A DNA stretch of 64,000 nt from an uncultured Alphaproteobacteria bacterium (GCA_902610845.1 CACLXJ010000001.1:35721-99720); one strand, 5' to 3'. Positions 1 to 10,097 are shown, numbered from the stretch's first letter. Numbers and translations are program-made. Notes: generated by a model not told the origin, from the letters alone.

Positions 1-1074
1 AGAAATGAAGAATCAAGAAATTCATGGTTATCAAAAAATAAAGAATTAATTGAAAGTAAAAATTTTAAAGATAGTTTTTATCAAAAAATAGATCATCAAA
101 TTCCAGAAAAACTTAGTGAATTAAAATCTGATCATTTTAATGATAAAACAAATTGTGCTTCAAGAAAATCGAGTGAACTAACGCTAAATTTAATTTCAAA
201 CTATCAAAAAAATCTTATTGGTGGATCTGCTGATCTTACTGGATCAAATAACACTAAGGCAAAAGATATGAATGTAATTACATCTAATAATTTTAATGGA
301 AATTATATTCATTACGGCATCAGAGAACATGGAATGGCTGGAGTAATGAATGGCATTGCTTTGCATAAAGGTTTAATTCCATACGGAGGAACGTTTTTGG
401 TATTTACTGATTATTGCAGACCTTCAATTAGGTTATCAGCTATTATGAATATACCAGTTATTTATGTAATGACGCATGACTCAATAGGATTAGGTGAAGA
501 TGGACCAACCCATCAACCTGTTGAACATCTTGCATCTTTAAGATCTATACCAAATTTAACAGTAATTAGGCCTTGTGATATTATTGAAACTATAGAAGCA
601 TGGGAATGTGCAATCAACAATACTGGACCAACAATCTTAGTTTTAACAAGACAAAATCTACCGATGTTACAAAAAGAAAATCGCAAAGAAAATCTTGTAA
701 ATAAAGGTGCTTATAAAATAAGAGATTTTAAAGAATATGATGCAACAATTTTATCTTCTGGTTCTGAAGTTGAGATTGCTTGCTCTGCATCAAATAAACT
801 TTTTGAAAACAATAATTTAAAGATAAGAGTTGTAAGCATGTCTTCATTTGAATTATTTGAGAAAAATGATGATGGTTATATAAATGAAATTTTAGGAAAT
901 AAACCAATTTTTGCTATTGAGGCTGGAGTAATAAATGGTTGGGAAAGATATATTAAAAATGATAATTTTGTTGGTATGTCAACTTTTGGTGAAAGTGGTC
1001 CATACAAAGATTTATATGAGCACTTTAAGATAACAGATGATTACTTAATTGAAAAAATAATTAAAACTTTATAA
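1..1074 (+). CDS. tkt: Transketolase, C-terminal portion (5' end lies outside the window)
   Basis: Frame 1 is open from nt 1 with no stop before 1074. It contains the transketolase motif 'GGSADLTGSN' plus 'HDSIGLGEDGPTHQPVEHLASLR'. The table ORF at 268 is only an internal Met. Confidence 0.9.
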   Translation, partial: RNEESRNSWLSKNKELIESKNFKDSFYQKIDHQIPEKLSELKSDHFNDKTNCASRKSSELTLNLISNYQKNLIGGSADLTGSNNTKAKDMNVITSNNFNGNYIHYGIREHGMAGVMNGIALHKGLIPYGGTFLVFTDYCRPSIRLSAIMNIPVIYVMTHDSIGLGEDGPTHQPVEHLASLRSIPNLTVIRPCDIIETIEAWECAINNTGPTILVLTRQNLPMLQKENRKENLVNKGAYKIRDFKEYDATILSSGSEVEIACSASNKLFENNNLKIRVVSMSSFELFEKNDDGYINEILGNKPIFAIEAGVINGWERYIKNDNFVGMSTFGESGPYKDLYEHFKITDDYLIEKIIKTL

Positions 1075-1085
1075 AAAGGAGAAAT

Positions 1086-2090
1086 ATGAAAGTTGCAATA
1101 AATGGATTTGGAAGAATTGGTAAACTTGTTTTTAGAGCTTTATTAGAAAAAAATCCTAAAGATATTAATATTGTAGCTATTAATGAACTAGGAAGTGTTG
1201 AGAGCAGTGCTCACTTACTTAAATATGACAGTGTACACGGTATTCTTAAAGATGAGATTAGTTCAATCAAAAATGGATTAAAAATTGGTAAACATAAAAT
1301 TAATTTTTATTCTGAAAGAGATCCAAATAACCTTCCTTGGAAATCACTCAAAGTAGATGTTGTTCTTGAATGTAGTGGTGTTTTTACTTCAAAAGAAAAG
1401 GCAATTTCTCATTTAAATGCAGGAGCAAAAAAAGTTATTATTTCAGCACCAGCTTCAAATGTAGATGCCACAATTGTTCAAGGTGTAAATAATGATACCA
1501 TTAAAAAAAATCATAACGTAATTTCAAACGGATCTTGCACAACTAACTGTCTTGCTCCTTTAGCTATGGTTCTTGATGAAAAATTAGGAATTGAAAGTGG
1601 TTTCATGACAACAATTCATAGTTACACGGGTGATCAAAAAACTGTAGATCAAACCCATTCTGACTTTAGAAGAGCAAGGGCTGCAGCTGAGTCAATGATT
1701 CCAACTTCTACTGGAGCGGCAAAAGCTTTGAGTCTAGTCTTACCAAAATTAAAAGGTAAACTAGATGGAACAGCTATTCGAGTACCTACTCCTAATGTCT
1801 CACTTATAGATCTTACATTTGTAAGTAAGAAAAAAACTAGCCCAGAAAAAATTAATTCTATAGTTATTCAAGCTTCAAAAACTAAAAAATTAAATGGAAT
1901 TCTAACAACAAACTCATTACCTCTAGTTTCAATTGATTTTAATCATAATTCAAGCAGTTCTGTATTTGATATGAGTCAAACACAGGTTGTTAAAGATAAA
2001 TTCTGTAGAGTTTTATCTTGGTATGATAATGAATGGGGATTTTCAAATAGAATGGTAGACACTATGGTTGATCTTAACAAATTTATTTAG
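1086..2090 (+). CDS. gap: Glyceraldehyde-3-phosphate dehydrogenase
   Basis: 334 aa. N-terminal 'INGFGRIGK' Rossmann motif and active-site 'SCTTNCLAP'; C-terminal 'WYDNEWG'. SD 'aaggag' lies upstream. Confidence 0.95.
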   Translation: MKVAINGFGRIGKLVFRALLEKNPKDINIVAINELGSVESSAHLLKYDSVHGILKDEISSIKNGLKIGKHKINFYSERDPNNLPWKSLKVDVVLECSGVFTSKEKAISHLNAGAKKVIISAPASNVDATIVQGVNNDTIKKNHNVISNGSCTTNCLAPLAMVLDEKLGIESGFMTTIHSYTGDQKTVDQTHSDFRRARAAAESMIPTSTGAAKALSLVLPKLKGKLDGTAIRVPTPNVSLIDLTFVSKKKTSPEKINSIVIQASKTKKLNGILTTNSLPLVSIDFNHNSSSSVFDMSQTQVVKDKFCRVLSWYDNEWGFSNRMVDTMVDLNKFI

Positions 2091-2479
2091 TGCCTAAAAA
2101 AATTTGTTTTGCAGTATCGACATTAACACAAATTGAAAGTTTAATAGAATTTCGAAAATCAAAGTTCAAAACTTCGATTATATTTATAAAATATTTTTTA
2201 ATTAAAGGTTTTGGGATAGAGTGGCTTAAAACGTTAATAAACCATATTAAAAATAAATATAAGACACACAACATTAAGTTTTTTGTCGACTCAGGCTATG
2301 ATCAAGGTCTTAGTATATTATTAACTAACGAAAATATTCATTATTTAAAATTAAAAAATAATAAAATCATCTTAAATAAAATTAATCAAATTGCTAAAAA
2401 AAATAAGGTTTTGTTAAATCCAACTTTTCATGTAGTAGATCTTACAAAAATTAAAAATATAAAAAAAAACTTAAGATAA
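2090..2479 (+). CDS. Hypothetical Lys/Ile-rich protein (129 aa)
   Basis: The ORF fills the gap-efp gap exactly. Its GTG start overlaps the gap TAG stop. I recognise no motif. Confidence 0.4.
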   Translation: MPKKICFAVSTLTQIESLIEFRKSKFKTSIIFIKYFLIKGFGIEWLKTLINHIKNKYKTHNIKFFVDSGYDQGLSILLTNENIHYLKLKNNKIILNKINQIAKKNKVLLNPTFHVVDLTKIKNIKKNLR

Positions 2480-2483
2480 AACT

Positions 2484-3053
2484 ATGAAAATAGATGGAAA
2501 TGAAATTAAAGTTGGAAATATTTTAGAGATTAATAACAAACTTTGGAAAGTTTTGAAAACCCAGCATACTCAACCTGGTAAGGGTGGCGCCTACTTACAG
2601 GCTGAACTTAAAGAAATAAGAGAAGGTACTAAAATGAATAGTAGGTTTAGATCATCAGAAACAGTGGAAAGAGCTATCCTTGATGAAAAAGAATTTCAAT
2701 ATCTTTATGATGATAATAATAATTTTATATTCATGGATAAACAAACTTATGAACAAATAGAACTTGGCTCAGACATATTAACTGCAGATCAATCAAAATT
2801 TTTAGTTGAGAATGGTGATGTTATTATTAATTTCTATAATGAAAAACCAGTTGGCATTGATTTACCTGATAATGTTGTATTAACTGTTATAGAAACTGAG
2901 GGTGTTGTAAAAGGTCAAACAGCTGCTTCATCATATAAACCAGCTACTTTAGAAAAGAATATTAAAACATCTGTACCTCAATTTATTGCAATTAATGATA
3001 AAATAGTAATAAGTACAATCGACGGTAGTTATATCGAAAAATCAAAAAATTAA
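2484..3053 (+). CDS. efp: Elongation factor P
   Basis: 189 aa. 'HTQPGKGGAYLQAELK' is the conserved EF-P loop with the modified Lys. Length is typical. Confidence 0.93.
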   Translation: MKIDGNEIKVGNILEINNKLWKVLKTQHTQPGKGGAYLQAELKEIREGTKMNSRFRSSETVERAILDEKEFQYLYDDNNNFIFMDKQTYEQIELGSDILTADQSKFLVENGDVIINFYNEKPVGIDLPDNVVLTVIETEGVVKGQTAASSYKPATLEKNIKTSVPQFIAINDKIVISTIDGSYIEKSKN

Positions 3054-3829
3054 TGCAGCCTGCTGTAATTAATATTTTTGAAAAAGCAGTTAAGAAAGCT
3101 GGTAAAATATTATTAAGAGATTTTGGAGAATTAGAAAATTTACAAATACAATCTAAATCAGTTGGAGATTTTGTAACAAATGCAGATATTAAAGTAGAAA
3201 AAACACTTTTAGAAACTCTAAAATATTATTATCCAGATTATACTTATATAACTGAAGAAACTGGTGAAATAAAAGGTGATGAAAACACAATTATTATTGA
3301 CCCAATTGATGGAACATCAAATTTTATACATGGAATACCTCATGTTGGAATAATCGTTGCTAAAATGACAAATGGTGAAATCACAGACGGTGTGATTTAT
3401 AATCCAATTTTAAACGAATTTTTTTGGAGTTCGAAGGGTAAAGGTTCGTGGAGTAATAATAGCAGACTTCGAGTATCAAACAGGCAAATTTTTTCAGATT
3501 GCTTGATAGGCACTGGTCTTCCTTTTGGAGAGAGAATTTATAAAAACTATTTAAGTGAGGTTGATGAAATCCTAAAATCATCTGCAGGAATAAGAAGACT
3601 AGGTTCTGCAGGTCTTGACCTGGCTTATGTTGCTTCTGGTAAATTAGATGGTTTTTGGGAAAAAGATCTAAATTTATGGGATGTTTCAACAGGTGTTCTA
3701 TTAGTTAAAGAAGCTGGGGGAAAAATTTCTAAAATAGATGGAAATGCATGGGAGGTAAATTCTCATGATTTAGTAGCTTCAAATAATAAAATTCATAATG
3801 AATTAGTTAAAAAACTTACTTTACTTTGA
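3053..3829 (+). CDS. suhB: Inositol monophosphatase family protein (SuhB-like)
   Basis: 258 aa. Has the IMPase motifs 'IIDPIDGTSNF' and 'WDVSTGVLLVKEAGG'. Its ATG overlaps the efp stop. Confidence 0.85.
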   Translation: MQPAVINIFEKAVKKAGKILLRDFGELENLQIQSKSVGDFVTNADIKVEKTLLETLKYYYPDYTYITEETGEIKGDENTIIIDPIDGTSNFIHGIPHVGIIVAKMTNGEITDGVIYNPILNEFFWSSKGKGSWSNNSRLRVSNRQIFSDCLIGTGLPFGERIYKNYLSEVDEILKSSAGIRRLGSAGLDLAYVASGKLDGFWEKDLNLWDVSTGVLLVKEAGGKISKIDGNAWEVNSHDLVASNNKIHNELVKKLTLL

Positions 3830-3853
3830 AATCTATATAAATATAAGACAGTC

Positions 3854-4081
3854 ATGAAAAAAGATATACATCCTAAATATAATGAAATAAACGTTGTTAT
3901 GACTGATGGATCTACTTTTAAAACTAGATCTACTTGGGGTAAAGAAGGTGATACTCTTAAATTAGAAATTGATCCTAAATCTCACCCTGCATGGACTGGT
4001 GGTAAAGCTGGTCTTAATGAGTCTGAAGGACAGGTAGCTAGATTCCAAAAAAGATTTAAGGGTCTAAAAATTAATAAATAA
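3854..4081 (+). CDS. rpmE: 50S ribosomal protein L31
   Basis: 75 aa. Starts 'MKKDIHPKY' and contains 'HPAWTG', which is typical of L31. Confidence 0.9.
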   Translation: MKKDIHPKYNEINVVMTDGSTFKTRSTWGKEGDTLKLEIDPKSHPAWTGGKAGLNESEGQVARFQKRFKGLKINK

Positions 4082-4270
4082 TTATTTAAAAAACTTTTCA
4101 GCATTAAGTTTTAAATTTTCCTTTTTTTTTATCTCATCTTGAACTCTTAGTATTTCAGTTTGAAGTTCAGAAATATAGTTTTGTAAATCCTCAACACTGA
4201 AATCATCCAAATTTAATATTTTAACTGTCTTTTGTTTTTCATCAACTTCAAAAAAATCTGTCATAGTCAT
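4082..4270 (-). CDS. Small coiled-coil protein, DUF1192-like
   Basis: 62 aa. 'LDDFSVEDLQNYISELQTEILRVQDEIKKK' matches the alphaproteobacterial DUF1192 pattern as I recall it, so the assignment is from memory. Confidence 0.5.
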   Translation of the reverse strand: MTMTDFFEVDEKQKTVKILNLDDFSVEDLQNYISELQTEILRVQDEIKKKENLKLNAEKFFK

Positions 4271-4314
4271 ATTTTGTTATATATTATTTTTTGATTATAT
4301 TATATGAGCCAGTT

Positions 4315-4857
4315 ATGAAATATCCTTTAATGCCAAAAGCAACAGCGATATGGTTAGTAGAAAATACAGCTTTATCGTTTGATCAAATAGCCGAATTCTG
4401 TGGATTACATGAATTAGAGGTTCAAGGAATAGCTGATGGAGAAGTTGCTGTTGGTATGAGAGGTTATGATCCAATTGATAATAATCAATTAACAAAAGAA
4501 GAAATTGAAAGATGTGAGAAAGATAATGCATCTCGTTTAAACCTCATTAAGTCTGATGTGATTGAGGATTTACCGCCAAGAAAAAAAGATTCTAAATATA
4601 CACCTCTTTCTTTAAGACAAGAAAAGCCATATGCTATTTTGTGGCTTATAAAAAGATATCCAACTGAATTAAGTAGTTCTCAAATTGCAAAACTTACCGG
4701 CTCAACAAAAAATACGGTAGAGGCTGTAAGAAATGGTACGTACAGAGAAGCAATTCTTGAGGCAAAGAGTCCAATGGATGTTGGTTTATGTACTTATAAC
4801 GATCTAGAGAGAACTTTAAATAGAACTAGAACAAAAAAAGTAGATCAAGAAAATTAA
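4315..4857 (+). CDS. DUF1013 family protein (conserved alphaproteobacterial)
   Basis: 'PLMPKATAIWLVENTALSFDQIAEFCGLHELEVQGIADGEVA' is the characteristic DUF1013 N-terminus. I prefer the ATG at 4315 over the table's TTG at 4291. Confidence 0.6.
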   Translation: MKYPLMPKATAIWLVENTALSFDQIAEFCGLHELEVQGIADGEVAVGMRGYDPIDNNQLTKEEIERCEKDNASRLNLIKSDVIEDLPPRKKDSKYTPLSLRQEKPYAILWLIKRYPTELSSSQIAKLTGSTKNTVEAVRNGTYREAILEAKSPMDVGLCTYNDLERTLNRTRTKKVDQEN

Positions 4858-5366
4858 TAATTTTTTATAATGTAATTTAGGTAATAGAACATCAAAATCA
4901 TCCAAAATAATACCATTGAAATAATAAAAATCTGAAAGTTATATATTTTTATAACTCCGATAGGTTCACCAAGATAATAGGTTAAAGGTCCTAAAACTCC
5001 ACTTAAAAAAATTCCTAAAATTTTATAACTTTTAAAAAAAGGAAGAATTTCATCAAAAAGAGTACTAAAACTAAACCACAAAACAATCATCCATAATGGT
5101 AGAGTGCCAAGTTTAGCAATAGTTTCAAAATCGTAAATTTGGAAATAAACTAATAAAGTATCAAAAATATATCCTGGAACTGAAATCAAAAGTGAAATCT
5201 TAATAAATTTTTGTTTATTATGATTAAAATACAAATAAGTTAGTAGGAAAATAATTCCAACCCAAATGCCCAGCATAGGATTAGAAAATTTTGTTTCACC
5301 AAATACACAGGCTAACCAAGTTAGTTGATAGCCAGTTAAGACTAAAAAAACTTTTAGTTTTTGCAT
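4854..5366 (-). CDS. Polytopic membrane protein, DUF2878-like
   Basis: 170 aa and highly hydrophobic with about 5 TM segments. It is the last gene of the photolyase-cfa cluster, where DUF2878 proteins occur in other bacteria. Confidence 0.5.
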   Translation of the reverse strand: MQKLKVFLVLTGYQLTWLACVFGETKFSNPMLGIWVGIIFLLTYLYFNHNKQKFIKISLLISVPGYIFDTLLVYFQIYDFETIAKLGTLPLWMIVLWFSFSTLFDEILPFFKSYKILGIFLSGVLGPLTYYLGEPIGVIKIYNFQIFIISMVLFWMILMFYYLNYIIKNY

Positions 5367-5368
5367 TT

Positions 5369-6562
5369 TTATTTTTGAATTAAAAAATGAGAAACATCAG
5401 TAGAGTTATTTGAGAAACCTGTTTCACAATAAGAGAAATAAAATTCCCACATTCTTTTAAATTTAATATCGAAGCCAAACTTTGATAAATCAGTCCAAGA
5501 TTTTTGAAATTGTTTGTTCCATATTTCTAGTGTTTTTGCGTAAGAACCACCAAAGCTTAAACTTTCAATGCATTTTAATCCCACCTTTTTGGCCGAATAT
5601 TCAAATTGTTTTTTGGTTGGAAGCATGCCGCCAGGAAAAATATATTGTTGAATAAAATCTGGTCTATTTTGATAATCTTTAGCCTTCTTTTCATCAATTG
5701 TTATAACTTGTAGTGCAGCAATCCCATTATTATTGAGCGAATTAAATATTGTATCAAAGTAATTATGCCAATATTTTTTTCCAACTGCTTCAAACATTTC
5801 AATCGAAACAATATTTGAATATTTTTTTTTGATATCCCTATAATCTCTGAATATAACTGATACTTTTTCAGATAAACCTTCATTTTGAATTTTTTCAGAA
5901 GCATATTCGTATTGTTCTTTAGAAATAGTTATAGCATCAACCGAACAATTATAATTTTTCGCTACAAATGATGAAAACCCGCCCCATCCACATCCAATTT
6001 CTAAAGTTTTAGAATTTGAGTCTAATGATAAAGTTTCAGCAATCTTTCTATATTTGTTAAATTGTGCATCCGGTAAACTGGTATTCTTATTATCAAAAAG
6101 AGCAGAAGAATAGGTCATAGTTTTATCTAACCACTTTTCGTAAAAATTATTTCCTAAATCATAATGATATTTAATGTTTTTTTTACTCTGTGATTTTGAA
6201 TTGTTATTTAAAAAATGTTTTAATTTGGCAAAAGTTGCAAAAAAAAGATTAGTATTTATACTTTGTAAAAAATAATACTCATTTTTGTGAGAAAGTAGTA
6301 ATAAATTAGTTAAATCTGGGCTTGAAAAGTAACCATTCATATAGGCTTCTGCAAAACCTACAGAACCTTTTTTAAAAATTAAATTGAGAAAATTATAATT
6401 ATTAATTGTAATGCTTGCAGATATATCCTCCTTTTTTCCGACAAAAACTCTCTCCTCGCCAGTAGGAAATTGAACTGTTAATTTTCCATATCGAATTTTA
6501 GATAAAAAGTTTACTAATAATTTTTCGACAGTTTTATCAAAATTTGTTTTAAAAAAATTCAT
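5369..6562 (-). CDS. cfa: Cyclopropane-fatty-acyl-phospholipid synthase family SAM methyltransferase
   Basis: 397 aa. Contains the SAM-binding motif 'LEIGCGWGGF', plus 'YDLGNNFYEKWLD' and 'FIQQYIFPGGMLP', which are typical of the CFA/mycolic acid synthase family. Confidence 0.85.
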   Translation of the reverse strand: MNFFKTNFDKTVEKLLVNFLSKIRYGKLTVQFPTGEERVFVGKKEDISASITINNYNFLNLIFKKGSVGFAEAYMNGYFSSPDLTNLLLLSHKNEYYFLQSINTNLFFATFAKLKHFLNNNSKSQSKKNIKYHYDLGNNFYEKWLDKTMTYSSALFDNKNTSLPDAQFNKYRKIAETLSLDSNSKTLEIGCGWGGFSSFVAKNYNCSVDAITISKEQYEYASEKIQNEGLSEKVSVIFRDYRDIKKKYSNIVSIEMFEAVGKKYWHNYFDTIFNSLNNNGIAALQVITIDEKKAKDYQNRPDFIQQYIFPGGMLPTKKQFEYSAKKVGLKCIESLSFGGSYAKTLEIWNKQFQKSWTDLSKFGFDIKFKRMWEFYFSYCETGFSNNSTDVSHFLIQK

Positions 6563-7336
6563 TTAAAAATTACCTTCAAAACTCACTGTATCATTTGGCT
6601 TCTTTTTTCGTGCATAATATTTACCACCTTTGTAAATTATCTTTAAAGCCTCATAAAGAATTCCTGCCATTACCTTAAAACCTAAAAGTGGATTATAATA
6701 TAAAAATTTAAGCATATTTTTGGAGTTGAAATCTATAAATTTACCATACTGAGAAGCTGTTAGAACTTTTTTATTATTTATATCATATAGATCAATATTA
6801 ATATTTATTTTATCTTTTTGCATTTGATTAAAAAATTTATAATTAGCTTCCATTTCTATGAATGGAGATACGTAAAACTGTTTAGCACATTCATGAGATA
6901 ATTTAAAATCTTCAAAATTTACGTTTCCTTTAAAAATATAGGTGTGTTGTTCATTGGTCGTATTTTTGACTTCATAAAAAATAGATATTAATTTTTTATC
7001 ATCATAACAATAGATAATTGACAAGGGGTCAAATACATATCCTAAAATTCTTGGAAAACATAATATCATTATATTAAGATGTTTGTATTTAATATTAAAT
7101 TTTGAGAGAGAATCTGTAACGAATGTCTTTATTGACCTTTTGTCTCTATATCCATGATCATTTTCATAAATAGAAAAGAGATTAAAAGAGTTTAATGAAA
7201 AAAGTTTATAGTTTTTACCTAAGTGATCAAGATTATCCAAATTAATGAAAAGACTTGGTACCTCATATTTCAATGTGTGTTTAAATGGAATAAATCTTTT
7301 ATGTATAATACTAGATGATAAAATTTGAGAAATCAT
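6563..7336 (-). CDS. DUF1365 family protein
   Basis: 257 aa. N-terminal 'SSIIHKRFIPFKHTLKYEVPSLFINLDNL' fits the DUF1365 pattern. The gene sits between the FAD oxidoreductase and cfa, as in the known cluster. Confidence 0.7.
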   Translation of the reverse strand: MISQILSSSIIHKRFIPFKHTLKYEVPSLFINLDNLDHLGKNYKLFSLNSFNLFSIYENDHGYRDKRSIKTFVTDSLSKFNIKYKHLNIMILCFPRILGYVFDPLSIIYCYDDKKLISIFYEVKNTTNEQHTYIFKGNVNFEDFKLSHECAKQFYVSPFIEMEANYKFFNQMQKDKININIDLYDINNKKVLTASQYGKFIDFNSKNMLKFLYYNPLLGFKVMAGILYEALKIIYKGGKYYARKKKPNDTVSFEGNF

Positions 7337-8628
7337 TCAAAATTAATTTGTAGTCTATTATAAAAATTTTTCTCTCTCTTCCAAGGTAAATCACAATGTA
7401 ATAATTTACAAATATAAGAAGATGATTGAATACCGTCTTCATGAAAACCATATCCTAGGTAAGCTCCACAGAAAAAAGTATTATTCTTTCCTTGAATTTC
7501 CATGACATTTTTTTGAGCTAAAATAGTATCTGTAGTATATATTGGGTGATCAAAGGTTGTTTCATTAATTATATTTTTAGGCTTTTTATAAGGATTAACA
7601 GTTACAAAATAATCTTGCTTAGTTGGCAATTTTTGCAAGAGATTCATCCAATAGGTTAAAGTAAATTTAGAAGATGAAGATTTATTTAAAAAATTCCAAC
7701 TTGACCAAGCAATTTTTGAATTAGGCATTAAAGATTGATCGGAGTGGAGTATTGCTGAGTTAGTTGAATATTTAAATTGTGAAAATATTTTTACTTCTTC
7801 TTGTGTCGGTTTTTCCAAAATATCTAATACTTGATTTGCATGGGTTGCAAATATTACTTTATGAAATTCTAATATATTATTTTTATCATCTACTATTTTA
7901 ATTTTATTATTTTCTCTAAGAATTTTTTTAATTTTGAAATTTTTTTCATATTCAAAAAAATTTTTATTAATAATTTTTTTTATATATTCATTACTTCCAC
8001 CTTCTACGTATTTCCACTGAGGTCTTTTTTTTAAATTAAATAAAGCATGATTTTTGAAAAAATTTATGAATGATATAAGAGGAAAGTTTTTTACATCACT
8101 TACATTGCTTGACCATATAGATGATATCATAGGTAAAATATGATAATTTATTAGATATGTTGAAAAATTATTAGCTTTTAAAAAATCATTTAACGTTTCA
8201 GTTTGTTCTAAATCACTAACATTCAAGCTGTTACACAATAAATAAAGTTTTCTTATTTCAAATAACATTTTAAAAAAATTAAAAGAAAAGATATTTCTAA
8301 AATTAGCAAAAAGAGAAAAGATATTTTTACCACTATATTCAATTATAGGATCTTGATTTGATACGGCAAAAGACATGTCTGAATTTGTGTATTTCACATC
8401 AAGTAATTTAAAAAAATTTGTTAAATCTGGATAATTATTTTCATTGAATACAATAAACCCTGTATCGACTGGGATTGTCTTTGTTGATTCTTCAACATAG
8501 ATAGTTCTTGTATGTCCACCCAATCTATTATTTTTTTCAAATAAATAAACATCGTATTTAGAGGACAAAAGGTAAGCTGCACTTATTCCTGAAATACCAG
8601 AACCAATAATTGCTATTTTTTCTTTCAC
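7333..8628 (-). CDS. FAD/NAD(P)-binding oxidoreductase (amine-oxidase-like, COG2907 type)
   Basis: 431 aa. Has an N-terminal 'IAIIGSGISGISAAY...E...GGH' dinucleotide-binding fold. Overlaps DUF1365 by 4 nt. Confidence 0.75.
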   Translation of the reverse strand: MKEKIAIIGSGISGISAAYLLSSKYDVYLFEKNNRLGGHTRTIYVEESTKTIPVDTGFIVFNENNYPDLTNFFKLLDVKYTNSDMSFAVSNQDPIIEYSGKNIFSLFANFRNIFSFNFFKMLFEIRKLYLLCNSLNVSDLEQTETLNDFLKANNFSTYLINYHILPMISSIWSSNVSDVKNFPLISFINFFKNHALFNLKKRPQWKYVEGGSNEYIKKIINKNFFEYEKNFKIKKILRENNKIKIVDDKNNILEFHKVIFATHANQVLDILEKPTQEEVKIFSQFKYSTNSAILHSDQSLMPNSKIAWSSWNFLNKSSSSKFTLTYWMNLLQKLPTKQDYFVTVNPYKKPKNIINETTFDHPIYTTDTILAQKNVMEIQGKNNTFFCGAYLGYGFHEDGIQSSSYICKLLHCDLPWKREKNFYNRLQINFE

Positions 8629-8629
8629 A

Positions 8630-10051
8630 TTAACTAATAGTTTTAAATGCTGCTAGTGCTCTATTTCTTGTTTCTTTTAAATCTACAATTGGTGATGGAT
8701 ACGAAGTACCAATCTCAAAATTATATTTCTTTTGATCTTCCTTAGATATCTCCCAGGGATTATGAATATATTTTTTTGGAATATTATTCAACTCAGGAAC
8801 AAATTCTTTGACATAATCACCATCTGGATCGAATTTTTGACCCTGCAAAATTGGATTAAAAATTCTAAAATATGGACTTGCATCAGCACCACAACCTGAT
8901 ATCCATTGCCAACCTGCAGAATTAGAACCAACGTCTGCATCAACTAAAGTATCAGAAAACCACTCTTCTCCATTTTTCCAGTGCAACAATAAATTTTTTG
9001 TTAAAAATGACCCCACAATCATTCTTACCCTATTATGCATCCAGCCTGTTTTATATAGCTGTCTCATTCCAGCATCAACAATTGGAATACCAGTTTTTCC
9101 ATTATGCCATAATGATAAATTTTTATCATTTTTTATCCATGGAAATTTATTAAATTTAGTTTGTATAGGTTTATGGGTCATATCTGGATAATGAAACAGA
9201 AGATTGTAAGAAAAATCTCTCCAGCCAAGTTCAGCAAGAAATTTTTTTTTATTTTCAGGATCAATTTTTTTTTCATTATTTACGGTATCATAAACTTCCA
9301 AAGCAGATATTTCTCCAAAATGAAGATAAGGTGATAATTTTGAAGTTAAATCTTTATCAGGCCTATCTCTTCCGACTGAATAGTTATTTGCTTTTTCTGA
9401 AATATATTTTTTTAATTGTAATCTTGCATTACTTTCACCAGGTATCCAATATTTTTCAATTTTTTTGATCCATTGGTCTTTTTTGTTTGTTAGATTTAAA
9501 TCTTGTATAGTTGTTTCATTTTTAAATTTTGAATTGGTGTAATCTATTTTTGTTTTTTTTAATTTATTTTCTTTTTGTTTTAGTAGTTCATCACAATGTC
9601 GCCAGTAAGGGGTAAATACTTTAAAAAAGGTTCCACTTTTATTTTTAATATTCCAAGGTTCATTTAAAAGATATCCATTGTGCGAGTCACATTCTATTTT
9701 AGATGCAGTAACTATAGATTTAATTATAGTATCTCTTTTAATTGAGTATGGATCATATAGTCTATTCCAAGATACACATTCAACATTTGAATTTTTTAAT
9801 ATTGAAGATATAATTTTCTCTGGATCACCAGCAAATATATTTAGTTTGCCATTATGCTTATGTATTGAATCATACAAACTAATTAAAGATTTTTCTAACC
9901 ACCATTTAGATGTGGATCCAATTCTTTGATTTAAATCAAAAATATAAATTGGAATTATCTGATCAACTTTTTTTGAAAGTGACAATAAAGATGGATTTTC
10001 TTGTAATCGCAAATCTTGTCTAAACCAATGAATTCCATAAGTAGCTACCAT
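8630..10051 (-). CDS. phrB: Deoxyribodipyrimidine photolyase (CPD class I)
   Basis: 473 aa. Carries the photolyase/cryptochrome C-terminal signature 'TGIPIVDAGMRQLYKTGWMHNRVRMIVGSFL' and 'DADVGSNSAGWQW'. Confidence 0.9.
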   Translation of the reverse strand: MVATYGIHWFRQDLRLQENPSLLSLSKKVDQIIPIYIFDLNQRIGSTSKWWLEKSLISLYDSIHKHNGKLNIFAGDPEKIISSILKNSNVECVSWNRLYDPYSIKRDTIIKSIVTASKIECDSHNGYLLNEPWNIKNKSGTFFKVFTPYWRHCDELLKQKENKLKKTKIDYTNSKFKNETTIQDLNLTNKKDQWIKKIEKYWIPGESNARLQLKKYISEKANNYSVGRDRPDKDLTSKLSPYLHFGEISALEVYDTVNNEKKIDPENKKKFLAELGWRDFSYNLLFHYPDMTHKPIQTKFNKFPWIKNDKNLSLWHNGKTGIPIVDAGMRQLYKTGWMHNRVRMIVGSFLTKNLLLHWKNGEEWFSDTLVDADVGSNSAGWQWISGCGADASPYFRIFNPILQGQKFDPDGDYVKEFVPELNNIPKKYIHNPWEISKEDQKKYNFEIGTSYPSPIVDLKETRNRALAAFKTIS

Positions 10052-10097
10052 GAGTTTAAATTATGTTAATTTAGAATAAATTAAAGAGGTAAATCTA

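Noticed and set aside
2083-2274. Many 60-115-aa ORFs in the track lie antisense to or nested within larger genes. Examples: 2083-2274, 3381-3689, 4313-4531, 5701-5904, 9678-9929, 10330-10554, 10781-10975, 13171-13440, 15269-15451, 16352-16597, 17293-17568, 17937-18197, 18640-18987, 24828-25025, 27424-27684, 28051-28257, 28655-28912, 29303-29497, 33273-33470, 33596-33793, 36105-36308, 36327-36623, 37418-37693, 39126-39606, 39913-40116, 50491-50733, 52148-52372, 54220-54444, 55563-55769, 59751-59975, 60170-60358.
   Set aside because: Each lies wholly or almost wholly within a longer ORF that has clear family motifs. Their translations are low-complexity or hydrophobic junk typical of shadow frames, and none has an SD or independent support.
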